DNA from: Octopus sinensis
Taxonomy: Eukaryota
Direction of reading: 5' to 3'
DNA length: 64,000 nucleotides
Assembly (NCBI RefSeq): GCF_006345805.1
Contig: NC_043001.1
Coordinates: 37,262,001-37,326,000 of the forward strand
Positions within the stretch are counted from its first letter, which is position 1. Each line of letters begins with the position of its first letter. This document shows positions 11,301 through 26,000 of the stretch, piece by piece. A program made the translations under genes and the position numbers. A model generated the notes under the pieces. That model was given only the letters and a program-made list of their open reading frames with translations. It was not told the origin of the DNA and did no database searches.

Positions 11301-14300
11301 TGAATATGTAATAAGACTGAATGAAAATATTTAGAGATAAGGTACCATAAATTATTTTAAAATCTGTATTATAACAAAAGCTGTGTTTCTAAGTTCATTT
11401 TTCTGTGACACACTTAACATCAGATCAAGATGATTTTCAAGTAATTTCTTTTGAGAAACGAAATAAAAAAAAACAAGGAAGTTTACTAAATTCATTCACT
11501 AAATTCCCCATAAGAAAAAATAAGGCTTGTCTTTTATTTTTTACTCAAACTTTACTTTTTGTTTACATACCACCAAAAATATGGCCTTGAATATTTTACT
11601 TTCAAATACAATAAAAGACTGTTTGTGAAAGGCAAAAAATAAAGATGAGGAGACTAGAATAAAGAGAAACCTTTTTAAAATATTGACAAATCTACAAAAA
11701 CCTAGTCATTATAATAGTTAAACTCTACTGTAAACCTATTTCACTTTCAATACTTAAAGCCACTAACTTTGTGGGTGGTTAAACTATTTTACAAAAACCT
11801 TCAAGTAGTAAATAGTCAGTCCTGCTGTTTGTAAGGTAAATATACAATTTTCTATTTAAATATTGTTGATGTACAACAGTTGTGAATTTTTTTTTTTAAA
11901 TGTCATGGAAACAATCTTAACTGTAAATAAAACTATTCATTGAAATTTAAAAAATTCCCTTTGACATTCAATGTCTGTTACAAATATTACTAAAACACAC
12001 ACAGATATGTGGTGATAATGATGATGATATGTGTACAGTTACAAAATTCCATTCACATGGCATTAGTCAACCCGAAGCTATAGTAGTGCTGCACAATAGG
12101 ATCAAATCTAAAGCCAAATGGTTGCAAATAATCTTCTTAATCACACAGCCATGCCTGCATGAGAGAGAGAGGTGTGTGTATGTGGAGACATTACAGCTAA
12201 AAATTGCATCTCTAGTTGACTAGTTTTTTTAACACCATAAGCAATCAAATCTATTGCATCATAGTATGTGATAACTAATATATTCTCTCTTTACTCTTTT
12301 ACATATTTCAGTCATTTGACTGTGGCCATGATGGAGCACCACCTTTAGTCAAGCAAATCGACCCAGGATTTATTCTTTGTAAGCTTAGTATTTATTCTAT
12401 TGGTCTCTTTTGCCAAACCGCTAAGTTACAGTGACGTAAACACACCAGCATCAGTTGTCAAGTGATGTTGGGGGGACAAACACAGACACACACACATATA
12501 CATACATACGACGGGCTTCTTTCAGTTTCCGTCAACCAAATCTTCTCACAAGGCTTTGGTCAACCCGAGGCTATAGTAGAAGACACTTGCCCAAGGTTCC
12601 ACGCAGTGGGACTGAACCCAGAACCATGTGGTTGGTAACCAAGCTACTTACCACACAGCTACTCCTATGTTTTTTTAATGTTTATTTTCCAAGCTGGTAT
12701 GGGTTGAATGGTATCTTTCAAAATATCTGTCCTTAGTTATTTCATTTGTGAAGCCAAAGTCATAGATTTCCCTTATATAATTTCTTCAATAAGTCTTCCT
12801 TGATGTATAACATCATCATCATCAAAATAAAAACAAATTGGGAGAAGAAAGAGCAAATACTTACAATTAGTTTTTCATAAATTCGTTCCACTTTTTCTTC
12901 AATGTCATCCAATTCTCCAGCAAATTCTGAAATCTCTGCAAAGAGCTTCAGCATTTCAAGTTGTACATTGACGTCTCCATCAACATTCATCAAATTAGAG
13001 AGATCTAGTATTACATGATCACATATGTAGCTGACAAATACTTTGGAATGGACATTTTTCTACAAAAATGAAAACAACAATAATATAAGAAGAGGCCAAA
13101 TAAGACAGAACTAATCTGAGTAAAGCATGTTAAACCTAATGATCTATTTATCCTCTCACCCATTCACACTCTTAAGTTTCTCTGCTCCACTCACTTCTAC
13201 TCACCTCATACCTGGGCACCTCATCTCCACTATCTATTTCATTGCAACTCCTACTGATTGATCATTCTCACCCTCTGTTCTAAACATGAGTAGCCATGTA
13301 GCTCCCCTACAAGAACCTACTCTGCACCCTCACTCCTCTCTCATACATTAACCCCCTCATCTCCTCACATAAAGCACCGACATCCCCACCTGTACTTCAG
13401 GTTTCATAGTCTTGCAAGCTGCATGATGACTTCACTGCTGCCAGTAGCATGACAAAAAAGCATCCAGTACATGCTGTAAAGTGGTTGGTGTTAGGAAGGG
13501 TATCCAGCCTTTGTTATGGCCTGGAGGACAATGATGAAAAGGAGGGGACTAAGGACTGATTCTTGACAAACCTCTACCTTGATGAACCCCTATATAAAAT
13601 GAACATGTTATATAGACCTGTAAGGAATTTCCTATTAGAATATGGACACATACTGAATTTAATAATAGAAAAAGCAGATGTGCTTCAAGAGGAAACATCT
13701 GGGATTTACCCTAATTACCTATATAATATATATATATATATGCGCATATGTATGTGTGTGTACATATGTATGCGTGTGACTGTATTTATGTTTACCTTTG
13801 TCTTCATATCACATGGTAGCTGTAAACGAGCATCTTCATCATACAAGTGAAGCTGTTCATTTACAGTCTTCTGTGTTATCTAGTTATGGGGAAATATTAA
13901 CTTACTTGGAAGCAGGTGAGGGTTGGCAACAGGAAGGGCATCCAGCCATTGAAAATCTGCATCAACAAATTCTCTTACCCACAAAAGCTTGGAAAAGAGG
14001 GCATTAAAGGATGATGATGAAATATGCACACACAAACACAAACACACACGCACACACAATGGTCTTCTTCCAGTTCCTGTCCATCAAATTTCACTCACAA
14101 GGCCTTGGTCAACCCACATCTATAGCAGAAGACACCAGCAGGCAATATCCTTGCAGTGGGAGTGAATCCTAAACCAAGTGATTCTAAAGTGAACATCTTA
14201 ATCATAAGGACATGGCTACACCTAATCCAAATATATATAAAAATCAATATAATTCTTTAATTAAAATAAGCATGATGAAATATAGGGAAAGCTACTCACA

Positions 14301-17300
14301 GAGAAAAGAGGTAAACTTTGCTTGACACACTGCATCAATCTGTCAGCACTATCAGGGTCTTCAGGCTATAGAAGAAAAAAGCCATTAATTTAATCATAAG
14401 TTATATGGGTGCTGTGCATAGTAAAATTAAACACCATCAGAATTTGTGTTGGTTGACTCATTTCTTTATTTTTTCTACATTTTTACAGAGAAAATATTGC
14501 CAACACCTGTTGGCTTAGATAGTGTGTATGTGTGTGCGCACGTGCACACACACTGTCTACACTCGTGTATGTTTGATTTTTTCAGGCCAATTTTATTATT
14601 TTATTTTCCTATTATTAGTATATAATTAATAAACTGGTCAAAGCTGAAACTCTAAATAAATTCTGTTTTTGATATTCAATTGATAAGGTCAGATTTGAAC
14701 TTCAAGAAACATTGGCAATGATAATAACCATTTGCATTGCATATCATTTACCAGTAAGGTATACCTTTTATCAGCTGGCTTAATTCTTCTTCCTTTCTCT
14801 TATCAACAATAAACAGCTACTTATGAAAAGTGGCATTAAAAAGAAAAATATTACCTGATATGCTGTACTTTAAAAATTATCATGCATCTATTCACTGATA
14901 TACTGACTAGAAATTAATAAAATTATCTTAAGATGTTTAAAAACAGAAAGAAATTGGATATATTGAAAATTAGGTTAGGAATAGAAGAGATACATCCATA
15001 ATCAGGCTAGAGGTAATCAGATACCAGGTAATTACTTCTTTGCTGATAGATGGCACAGACATATCTCTCCAGCAAGTCAGCTGTGTTTCCACATGGTACT
15101 GCAAGTGGTAATGTCCTCTGCTCTCATTCACCCTATATTTTTGGTTGAATAAAGGGTAAGTAATGCCTCCTAAGCATACTCAGTTCAGTGATAACTGTAA
15201 TAAGAACAATTATTCCCAAAAGGCTTGAGGAGGCGGTTAAATGGTATGGGAAAGGTGAAAGCATTGCATAAGTCATTAGGCTAGACATGTATCTGATAAG
15301 AAAAAACAGTATTTTGCGGGGGCGGGAAAAATCCCTTGCAATGTTTGTTCTGCTTGAATTGCAAAAACAACCCTTGTCACTCTTACCAGCTTAAATTGCA
15401 GATAATCAGTAGGTGGTTCATTGGAAACTTACATTAAACAATCCTATTGTTTACAATAAACCTCTAAAAATAAAATAAACTTTGATTGTAATCTAGGATG
15501 CTAGAGATTAAAACAATTGCAAAACTGCAGATATGACAACAATACACAAAACTGCAGATATGACAACAATAAAGGAGTGAATTTAAGTCTGATAAACAAT
15601 TACTCAAGACAAAATAGTATTTTACAATAAAGAGAGTTTAAGCTTTCACCAACATTAAATTTTTGGTCCAATTCTGCTTGCATGATAATAATATCCACCA
15701 ACTGTTGACGGCCAGTTACTGTACTCATTGATTTTAGGCCCTTTAACATGTTCATAATGGCAATAAATTCCATGCAGGTTACATCCATTAGCACCTGTCA
15801 ACAGAGAACAAATGAAATCACATATGAATATGGTATAAAAACACATATATGGGTTGCCAAATATTCACTGTATATTACAAATCATTAGATAATTCCTACA
15901 TGTATCACAGACAACTGAGCATAACAAACATTCTAAATTCACATTAAATATAATATAATCCTTTCTACTGGAGGCACAAGGCCTCAAATTTGGGGGTAGG
16001 GGACTAGTCAATTATATCAACACCAGTGTTTCACTGGTACTTAATTAACTGACCACAAAAGGATAAAAGGATAAATTGACCTCGACAGAATTTGAACTCA
16101 GAATGTAGCGGCAGATGAAATACTGCTAAGCATTTCATCCGGTGTGCTAACACTTCTGCCAACTCGCAGCCTTTCACATTAAATATAATATAATGCATGG
16201 ATGTGTGGTTATGAAGCTGGCTTTGCAATCACAAACTTTTGAATTCAGTCCCACTGGGGAAATATCTTCTACTATAGCCACAGGCCAAGCAATACATTGC
16301 TGAGAGTAGAATTGCTAGACAGAAACTGAATGGAAGCTCTTCCAGTTCAATCTCACTAATGTCATATTAGTATCATCATCATCGTTTAATGTCTGCTTTC
16401 CATGCTAGCATGGGTTGGACAATTTGACTGAGGTTTGGTGAACCAGATGGCTGCACCAGGCTCCAATCTGATCTGGCAGAGTTTCTACAGCTGGATGCCC
16501 TTCCTAATGCCAACCTCTCCGAGAGTGTAGTGGATGCTTTTACGTGCCACTGGCACGAGGGCCAGTCAGGCAGTATTGGCAACGGCCATGCTCAAATGGT
16601 GCTTTGTATGTGCCACCTGCACAGGAGCCAATCCAGCTGCATTGGCAACGGCCACGCTCAAATGGTGCTTTTCATGTGCCACCTGCACAGGTGCCAATCC
16701 AGCTGCATTGGCAACTACCTTGCTCGAATGTTTTTTCACATGCCACCAGTACAGGTGCCAGTAAGGGAATGCAGGTAATAATCATGCTCAAATGGAGCTT
16801 TTTATGTGCCACTGGTACGGATGTCAGTTTGTTGCAATGGCAACAATCACGCTTGGATGGTACTCTTAGCACTCCACTAGCATGGATACCAGTCCAAAAT
16901 AATAAACATATCAAGCACTATAAATATATCAGACAGGATAATAAATATAGGCAGTGGAATGTTACAATGACTAATTTGAATAAAACAGATATAAAGTACT
17001 TGATAAAATATTTCCAATATTGTAAATTCATCCTAAGGCAAGAAACAGTTTAAAAAGCTATTAGTGCTTCTCTACCTGAGAAATGAATGTCAACCAGTTT
17101 GTTTTCAGTAAGAAAAGCATGTCTTGCACAGCAAGAAGAGTTTACCTGACTAACTAGGACAGAAAGGGTTTATTAGAAGTGCTTGTCTGTCTCACCACCT
17201 AGCAGGAAAGGTTAGTTTAGTTGCTTGAAGCAAGAAATATTTAGATTTACAAAACAAGAAATGTCAATACATTTGTAACAAAAAGAGCCTCTCATACTGT

Positions 17301-19688
17301 ATCACAAGCTCTCCCTCACATTAAATTCAAAGAGTTTACAATATACCTTTCTGCACTCTCCTACAATGAGATCTTCATCTTCTTTCCCTAAAGTATCCTC
17401 GGGTAATACTTTTACTTTATTTGTTAAGAATTTAAGAGCCAGATCCCGTAGGCAGTCATTTTCTCCAAGAATCATACTAAAAAGACCTTTCAATGTACCT
17501 GAAAAAGAAAAGCAAAATCAGAAAATCAACAATATAAAGTAGTCATCTTCAACAATAGAGAAAGTTTTCAGCAAAACAAATGAGGGAGTATGCACAATAA
17601 TTCTGAGGCAGGAGGGAGTTGGACTAGAAACAAGCAGTTAACATTAGTCAAAATTTTCATCAACAATTCTTCATTCATAGAAAAAAAGAAAGAGAATATT
17701 TTAATTATTAAGATTATAGTTGTTAAATCCCAAACAATTTTTGCAATGCAGTGAAAAGCAAAACAAATATCTCACTTACAAAATTTTCTTAATTCATCCA
17801 TAAGTAAAATAATGTTTTCTACTATAAGCACAAGGCCTGGAATTTGAGGACGCAGAGATTTATTGATCACATTTACCTCAGTGCTCAAATGTTACTTATC
17901 TTATGGCAGCGAGCTGGCAGAAACATTAGCACGCCGGGTGAAATGCTTAGCAGTATTTCGTCTGCCGTTACGTTCTGAGTTCAAATTCCGCCGAGGCCAA
18001 CTTTGCCTTTCATCCTTTCGAGGTCGATTAAATAAGTACCAGTTACGCACTGGGGTCGGTATAATCAACTTAATCCGTTTTTCTGTCCTTGTTTGTCCCC
18101 TCTGTGTGTAGCCCCTTGTGGGCAGTAAAGAAAGAAGTTACTTATTTTATGGACCCCCACCCCCACTACCCAAAAAAAATGAAGGACAAAATCAACTTCA
18201 GCAGAATTTGAACTCAGAACATCAAGCAAGAAGAAATGTTGCTGAACATCTTGTCTAGTGTGCTAATGATTCTGCTAGTTCTCTGTCCAATGCTTAAATA
18301 AAAAAGTAAAAAAATAATATTGTAGGATGCTAAAATTTCTTTATTTTTTTTCTCTTTCACATTCATTTTCTATTATAACATTTGCATGATTTTAACAAAA
18401 ACATGACTGCTGGTCCTTTGATGGCTATTTTCAATGTGAAAAGTTAGGCTAATGTACTTTTCCTACAACTACAATGAATTTAGCATCAGCATCATTTTAA
18501 CATCTACTTTACTATGTTTGCATGGGTAAGACAAGAGTATCCTGGGATAGAATTTCCAATGATGACTGGATGCCTTTACTGATGCCAACCCATCTCTGTT
18601 TCCAAGTCAAGTAATAATCTCCCAGTCTATCAAACAGCAGCTCAGACATGGTTGTGAGGAGAACTGGAAACAAATGACACTTTTTGAATGAGTCCTTTGT
18701 TTACAAAGTTTGTGCAACATGTCAAGAAACCTATCCATATTTATGTAACGGATTGCAAGCAAACAACACCATCTGCAAGACCATTGTTTGAACTGGTGAA
18801 TGTATGTGAAGATAAGGAGAATATAAATTCATTCACACAAGCATACACACATCATCATCATCGTTTAGTGTCCGCTTTCCATGCTAGCATGGATTGGACG
18901 TTTCAACTGGGGTCTGAGAAGCCAGAAGGCTGCACCAGGCCCAGTCTGATCTGGCAATGTTCCTACGGCTGGATACCCTTCCAAACGCCAACCACTCTGT
19001 AAGTGTAGTGTGTGCTTTTACGTGCCACTGGCACAGGTGCCAGACGAGGCTGGCAAACGGCCACAATCGGATGGTGCTTTTTATGTGCCACCACGCACAC
19101 ACACACACAGACAAACAATGGGCTTTTTTCAGTTTCTACTGGCTAAATCCACTCATGGTTTTCATCAGCCCAAGTACTAAGTAGAAGACACTTGTCCAAG
19201 ATACCAGGTGGGACTGAACCCAAAAACATGTAGTTGAGAAATTAACTTCTTAGCCACACACTCATACCTGTACCATAATGGATTTGATTATGTTCAAGAC
19301 ATTAACATTTGGTTAGTAATTTAGTATCTAAAATACCCACAAAAAGTAAAAGTGTATGGCTAACCTGAAGCATTGATGCTGAACAATGTGGTGAGGGACG
19401 ACTGGATTAAGCTCAGCTCAGAACTGTCAGTGAAATGTTGCAGCAACTGAATAAGAGCCACAACTATTTTGGACACAAATTCAGGTGTAACTCGGCACAA
19501 CGCTGGAAGATCTTTAATTGCCTGCTTCCGGATCTAAGAATTTGTAATGTAAAAATATAACAGACAAATAATGTTGACAAAAAGTTAAAAACAAAATTTA
19601 ATGTACATTAGTGGTTACATTAATAAATTGGTGGTTGGTTAGTATATTGATTTTATTTTCAGGTAAGCTAAGCATGTCAAACACACTC

Positions 19689-19729
<41 letters not shown>

Positions 19730-20021
19730 CACTCCATCCTTTATTATACAGGTAGCATGATGGATGAGCAATAAAGAGATAGTGGGAAGGTACAGTAATA
19801 GTAGAGAGGTGATAGATGGGAGACTATCATACAACTTAATACGAACATAACTGTTGGGAGAGACTCCAGTGTAGATATGATATTATATATTACATCCCTA
19901 TATGACCTTCACCCAATTATTATGTTCATATTACATCCCCATCATCACCATTGTCATTATAAATGAACATACATTTGTTTACTATTACTTCTATAATATA
20001 TTGCTTATTACACACACAGGC

Positions 20022-20063
<42 letters not shown>

Positions 20064-23000
20064 TACACACACATATAGAGAGAGAGACACACACCCCCAT
20101 CCACACAAATATGTCTAGTTCCATCTGTCTTAAGATTTATCAGGGATCACTTATGCATACCTTGCAAGCTGCCAAAGAAAGTAATATGATTAAAAATATA
20201 AACAAGATTGTGAATGTCACAACCCATTTGCATAATAGTACAGGCTTGACAGCTTAGCATTATATATGTCTATGTTGGTGTGTAAACTAACAAGTAATGT
20301 AAAGTTTAGAGAATATTTAACAATGTTTATAATAACAAAAACAAAATATGTAGGGCAGTGACTATACCTCCATTTTGGTTTATACAAGAATTCATTAACC
20401 ATTAATTGCAAGTAGAAGAGAGATTACACAGACAAATAATATATAAATACTGGCTTACATTCCACACACATGTAACAGTAATGCAAAGCAAATACACTGC
20501 TTCATTATATATAGGAATAATAAAGAAGAGGAGCAGCTGAATAACTTACTGTAATGTCATCATCTTCACACAATTCAAAAAGAGCATTGAATGATTCCTG
20601 GCTCAACTGTGGGAAGTGTTTAAAGAACCGGGCGATGAACTGTGATGCCAATCGTTTCTCACTAGCACCACTTTTAACTGCACTTAGGATTGACAGATAC
20701 TGTTCTTCATGCTGAAAAGTGAAACAAACATTTTATTCAGACAGAGATTTTTTTTTCATTTTCAACAATGAGTATTTCGCTCCAATTCACAACCAAACAA
20801 TACAAATTCAAGCATTAAATCTCATGTTTTTGGTGGGCTTTTTCTCCCTAAGGCTGATTACTTTTAAAGTAGACTGATAAAAACATCTTCTGCTACAGCT
20901 CATGTTAAACCAATACTTTGTGAGTGAAATTTTGGTAGACAAAAACTTATTGTGGCTGGTCATGTCTGTATATACATATATACTTACTTCTTTTCACCCT
21001 GCATCACCCCACTAAGTTTGTTTAATAGCTGCAAAACTCTTTCTGTTGTATTTGTGGTATCTGTAAATATATTTTTTCTTCAGTTGTATATAGTTGTTAT
21101 ATACCGTAAATCCTTGAGTATAATCCACATTTTTTCCCCAAGATTTAAAGGTCAAAATCCCTAGTGCATATTATACACGAGGTTAAAAATGAAAATTATT
21201 TTCTAAGCAATGTTCGAGTCTCTATTTGCTGTCCGGCAATGTTTATTCAGACACATTTTGTGATGTCGGGCACAAAAATACCTTAAGCTAAGCCTGAAAG
21301 CAATGAAGTCATTAAAAAATCATCCATAACTTGCAGTAAGCAACATTTATTAAATGTTATTACTGTTATACAATTCAATCCTCAAACCATCTTATCCATA
21401 GTAACATAGAACATAGACAATAAAAGATGTGATGACATCATCATCATCATCATCGTTTAGCGTCCGTTTTCCATGCTGGCATGGGTTGGACGGTTCTACT
21501 GGGGTCTGTGAAGCCAGAAGGCTTCATCAAGCCCAGTCAAATCTGGCAGTGTTTCTACGGCTGGATGCCCTTCCTAACGCCAACCACTCCGTGAGTGTAG
21601 TGGGTGCTTTTTACGTGCCACCCGCACAGGTGCCAGACAGAGCTGGCAAACGGCCACGAACGGATGGTGCTTTTTATGTGCCACCGGCAACGGACACGAA
21701 TGGATGGTGCTTTTTACGTGCCACCGGCACGAATGTAAATATACACACACATACGACAAGCTTGCACAGTTTCCATCTACTAATTCCACTCACAAAGCAC
21801 GGATTGGCTGAAGTGACAGTAGAAGACATTTGTCCAAGAGGCGACACAGGGAAACAGAACTCACAACCACATGGTTACAAAGTGAACTCACACTTTGTAT
21901 GTGCTTAAATCTTTCTAATAATAATCAGATATTATTCCAAATCAATTTGCTTCTGAAGTTCACATAATTTATAGTTTGTTTTCTAATTACATGTTTTACT
22001 TTCGTAAATAATTATGTATTTTACTACATGCTTTTACAAATCAGAATACAATCTCAATCATCACACAGTAAACATTTCACATACTAGGTTCAATCTTTTT
22101 TAAGAGCATTGTCAATATCAAAGGCAGTGTGTGTGTTTTTCGCAAATATGTGTTTAAATGACTAAATACTGTCCACAGATGATTCTAAAAACATAGAATA
22201 AATAAAAATAATGTTTAAGTGAATTATAAGAATACCTAAATAAATGCTTTTGATAGTTTTGATATGACATATATTCATTATTTTGTGTCAATATCAAATG
22301 TTTCGACTACTTTATGTAATCAGGCACAGTATTTGTGTTATTTCTCAAATCATCCAAGGAGTAATGAGCAATCCAACAGTGGCCTTGTGGTTTAGACTGT
22401 TCTATAATCTCAGAAAAGGGGCTCTACATAATGTACCATTTCATTTTAACATCTCTGGCTAAACTTGATCCAATACAAAGCACGTTTATGTAATGTACTA
22501 TTCAAATGAAACTGTGCATGTGTATATGTTTAACTTCATCTTCATTTTATGTAATGGGCTGAATTAGTTCTTCTTTAAAACTAGCAGGATTACCCGGCAT
22601 TGCTCAGGTATTAAATACTCAGTAATGGTCTTAATAGGTTCTACCATTTTTTTTGTTGTTGTTGTACATCTCTTTGAATATTTTTTGCATTAAGTTGCAA
22701 ACATTGGCATTGAGGAAGAAGTGATTTTTCTCATAGACCATAAATAAAGTAGTAACGACACAGTGAAAAGCCCTGGAGAAGCCACAAGAGCATCTCAGGA
22801 GGTGCAACAAGTGAATGTGAAGTAGCCCTGAAAAGGGCCGTGTTATCATTCTCACAATAGCCCTGAAAAGGATTGTTAACCATTCACAGGTATAAACGTC
22901 CTTTTTCGTTCATATGTAAAGCAGTGGGTGCAGTGAGGCCAAAATTCAAGCCATCTACAAGGAGATTGAGAAACTGTAACAGACAGAATATAAAAAAAGA

Positions 23001-26000
23001 CTTAAGGAAAACAGGTAATTTCGAAAGAATGGCAACAATAGTACTCGCTCACTATAAACCTGTTTGGCAGGGAAGCTGCAGTATGTTGGATGGCCTACAG
23101 CACCTCACAGTAGACAACATTTTTCATTTTGGCTTTCAGGGCAAACACGAAAAGGTTTTTTTTGCATCTGACATATAACTGGCTGAGCGAGAAGCATGGT
23201 TGGCCTAAATGGAGGCCTGTCATTGTTAGTGCTTGACTTGGGACTTGTTGATGGACATGGCAAAAGAAAAGTTGAAGAGGGAACTTAAATCAACACAAGG
23301 GACAGAGGCATTGCTTATCTGATGGAGTAAGAGGTATCCTGGGTATAAAGATGTTTCTGATACCACAACCCATACGAATTGTTGCTTCAATAACAAGAGG
23401 CAGCACATTTTTTTACCACAAACTGCATTCCATTGCGACCGAAGCTCCAATTTTGAGGCGCAGTTGATGAGGTGGTAGTCTGGAGGGGTGCAAGAAATTG
23501 AGGAATTTTGTGGGAAAATTAACAGCCTCTTCTTGATCCACAGTCTTGTAGGTGTGAAGGTTTCCAAGAAGGCTTCGCAGTAGGTTTTCATTGGGTTTCA
23601 CAACAAATGTGTTTTTGGGAGCTAATATGGCTCTTTCGCACAGCCAATTCAGGTTTTGGTAGTTTATGTGCAGATAAGGAAAAACAGCAGTTGTAAAGTC
23701 ATCCACAGTGTCCACAGGCATGCCTATGTGTGAGACAGCCATCTCTCCAGCTGCATCAGAGGGAGCTGTACCATCACCAACAGTGAGAAGCTGCTTGGAG
23801 AAGTCACCCGATAAGTTGCCACCGAAAAACTGGGCCCTCATGTTTGTTGTAAGAATCAAAATTGTCATGTCCTGCCACAGGGAAGATAACTTAATGCAAG
23901 CCATTACAGTATCGGCTCTGGTGCTTTTGGAATTATGGGTAAGGTTTGTCTGAAATCACCAGGCAGCAGGAGGGAAACACCTCCCATGGGATAAGCACAG
24001 CCCTTGATGCCTTTGAGGGTCCTGTCCAGTGCTTCAAGGGATCCTTTATGTGCCATGGTGCATTCATCTCAAACAATGAGCTGGCACCTTCGCAGCACTT
24101 CTGCTTTGTCTGAGTTTTTGGTAATATTGCAGGTGGTTGAGTCAGACAGAAGCATTGAACGGGAGTTTGAAGGTCGAATGAGCCATCCTACCCCTAGGCA
24201 GAAGAGTCATGGCAATTCCGGAAGAAGCTACAGCTAAAGTGATCCCCTTTTGCTGGCGTACTTTTGCAAGGAGGAGTTTATCACAAATGTTTTACCAGTT
24301 TCTCCTGGGGCATCTAAAAAGAAAATACCTCCTTTGCATTCACGAATGGAAGTGTAGACGGCGCTGTATGTGTACAGCTGGTCCTGAAGCAACTTTGGCT
24401 CATTTTCGTTGATGTATTGTTGAAGGACACCGACGTCATAGGCTGTTTCCTGAATAATGCCTGTTGGTAGTGTGTGCGAGCTTGTTCTACTGACTTTTGG
24501 TAAACCATGAAATGAAAGATTGTTACTGCCAGCAGTAAGTAGGCTATCCTCAATGTCAATGAACGCTCTGTTGAAGAATTCATCTTTGAAACTGACGTTC
24601 AAGTGAGGCAACAGAAGTTGTCCTTTGTGGTGGTAGTCCTCTGAAAGGTCTTCCTTGTATTTCTCCCATAAGGTTACAGGATGACTGAATTCACATGTTT
24701 GCAGTAGCACTGCAGAGAGCTTTTGAAGACTCCTCACCGAACGTATTGTAGCTGCTTCCACCATTGTTGCATCCCACTGAGCACCACCATCTAGTAGGCT
24801 ACGTTTAACCCTTTAGTGTTCACATTATTCTGCCAAAATTAATGCTTTTTCATCCACATTGTTTTGAATTAATCATGCATTATCTTGTAGCTATGAGATT
24901 TTGATGAGGTAGCTGTTAATTTTTAAAACAATATTGTAGGGTTGGTGTGAGAAACCAGATCTGGCCAGTTTGAACATAAAACAGGTAGAATACTTTTGGC
25001 CAGATATGGCCGATTTAAATGCTAAAGGATTAAGGCAGGCTTCGCAGTATGTAGCAAAAACTTCACCATCAAAGCTTTTCAGGTCGTCAAAAGATGTCAG
25101 TCCCATGACCTTGTGCAGCAGTAGATGAAGGTAAAAACATTCCTGTTGGTAAGGGCGAACTGTATAAACTCTTACAAGGGTGGGAAAAGATTTTAAGTTT
25201 GGTTGTCTCTCGATGGGTTGTCCTTGTTTCCTTCATTCCCAAATGCGTGTTTTCTTTTTCCAAATATATGATGGAACCTGAGGATACAGGAGGGTTTTAG
25301 CGAAGGGTCACTAGTGCATAGTTTAAAGAAGGCAGTGAGCACAGTGTCCTTGGGTTCTTGTACCAGCTGAACAGCATTAGAGCTGGAGAAGTAGACTCTC
25401 TGGCCATTTTCAAAGATGCAAAACTTGAAGAAAATCAATTTTTTTCAGTTTTTCATGGGTTTTTTGTCACACAGGGATGCCTTTAGACATAGAACAGATA
25501 CTTGGTAGAACCGCTGTTACATGGTGGGTTTTTTTAGCCATAAAAACCAAGGAAATGAGACTTTCCAGTAAAAAGTTTTCTATGTGTAACTTTGTAAAAA
25601 TGCAAAAAATCGATTTTTTTTCAAAGTTTTTCATAATTTTCTTGGGAATCAGAGGCCCCAAGGCTGTGCCAAAATATTTGTCTGAAATGTCGCAACATGA
25701 CGGTCTTTTTGACACTAAAATTATAAAAATTGGACATTCCTGTAAAAACTTTACTTGCATGCAACTTTTGCTTTTTTTTTTTAAAGTGTGTGACGGGGGG
25801 TCCCTTCAGTTTTATCGATTTGCTCCCTGGAAGTGGGTATCTCTAGGTATCAGTAATGCAACAGTGACCTGATTGGGTAAATTTGCCATTTAATAAAAAA
25901 AATTTCATCAAAATCGGATGAAAAATGTGGAAATGCATAAAAAGCATACACATAGGCACGCATTTTGAGTTTTATAGATATAGAAGATAGCTTACTACCT

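Noticed and set aside
16530-16870. CRISPR-like repeat/spacer array (also 28162-28370, 32460-32770, 48380-48660)
   Set aside because: The spacers are homologous to each other, the array is part of an RTE 3' UTR, the context is eukaryotic and no cas genes are present.
16544-17053. Longer ORFs at 16544-17053, 21429-21908, 47128-47418, 47310-47774 and 58803-59528
   Set aside because: They run through RTE 3' UTR, SINE or simple-repeat sequence and show no protein family features.
23226-24764. Host PIF1 helicase gene
   Set aside because: It has frameshifts, stops and no introns, and is enclosed by Helitron termini.
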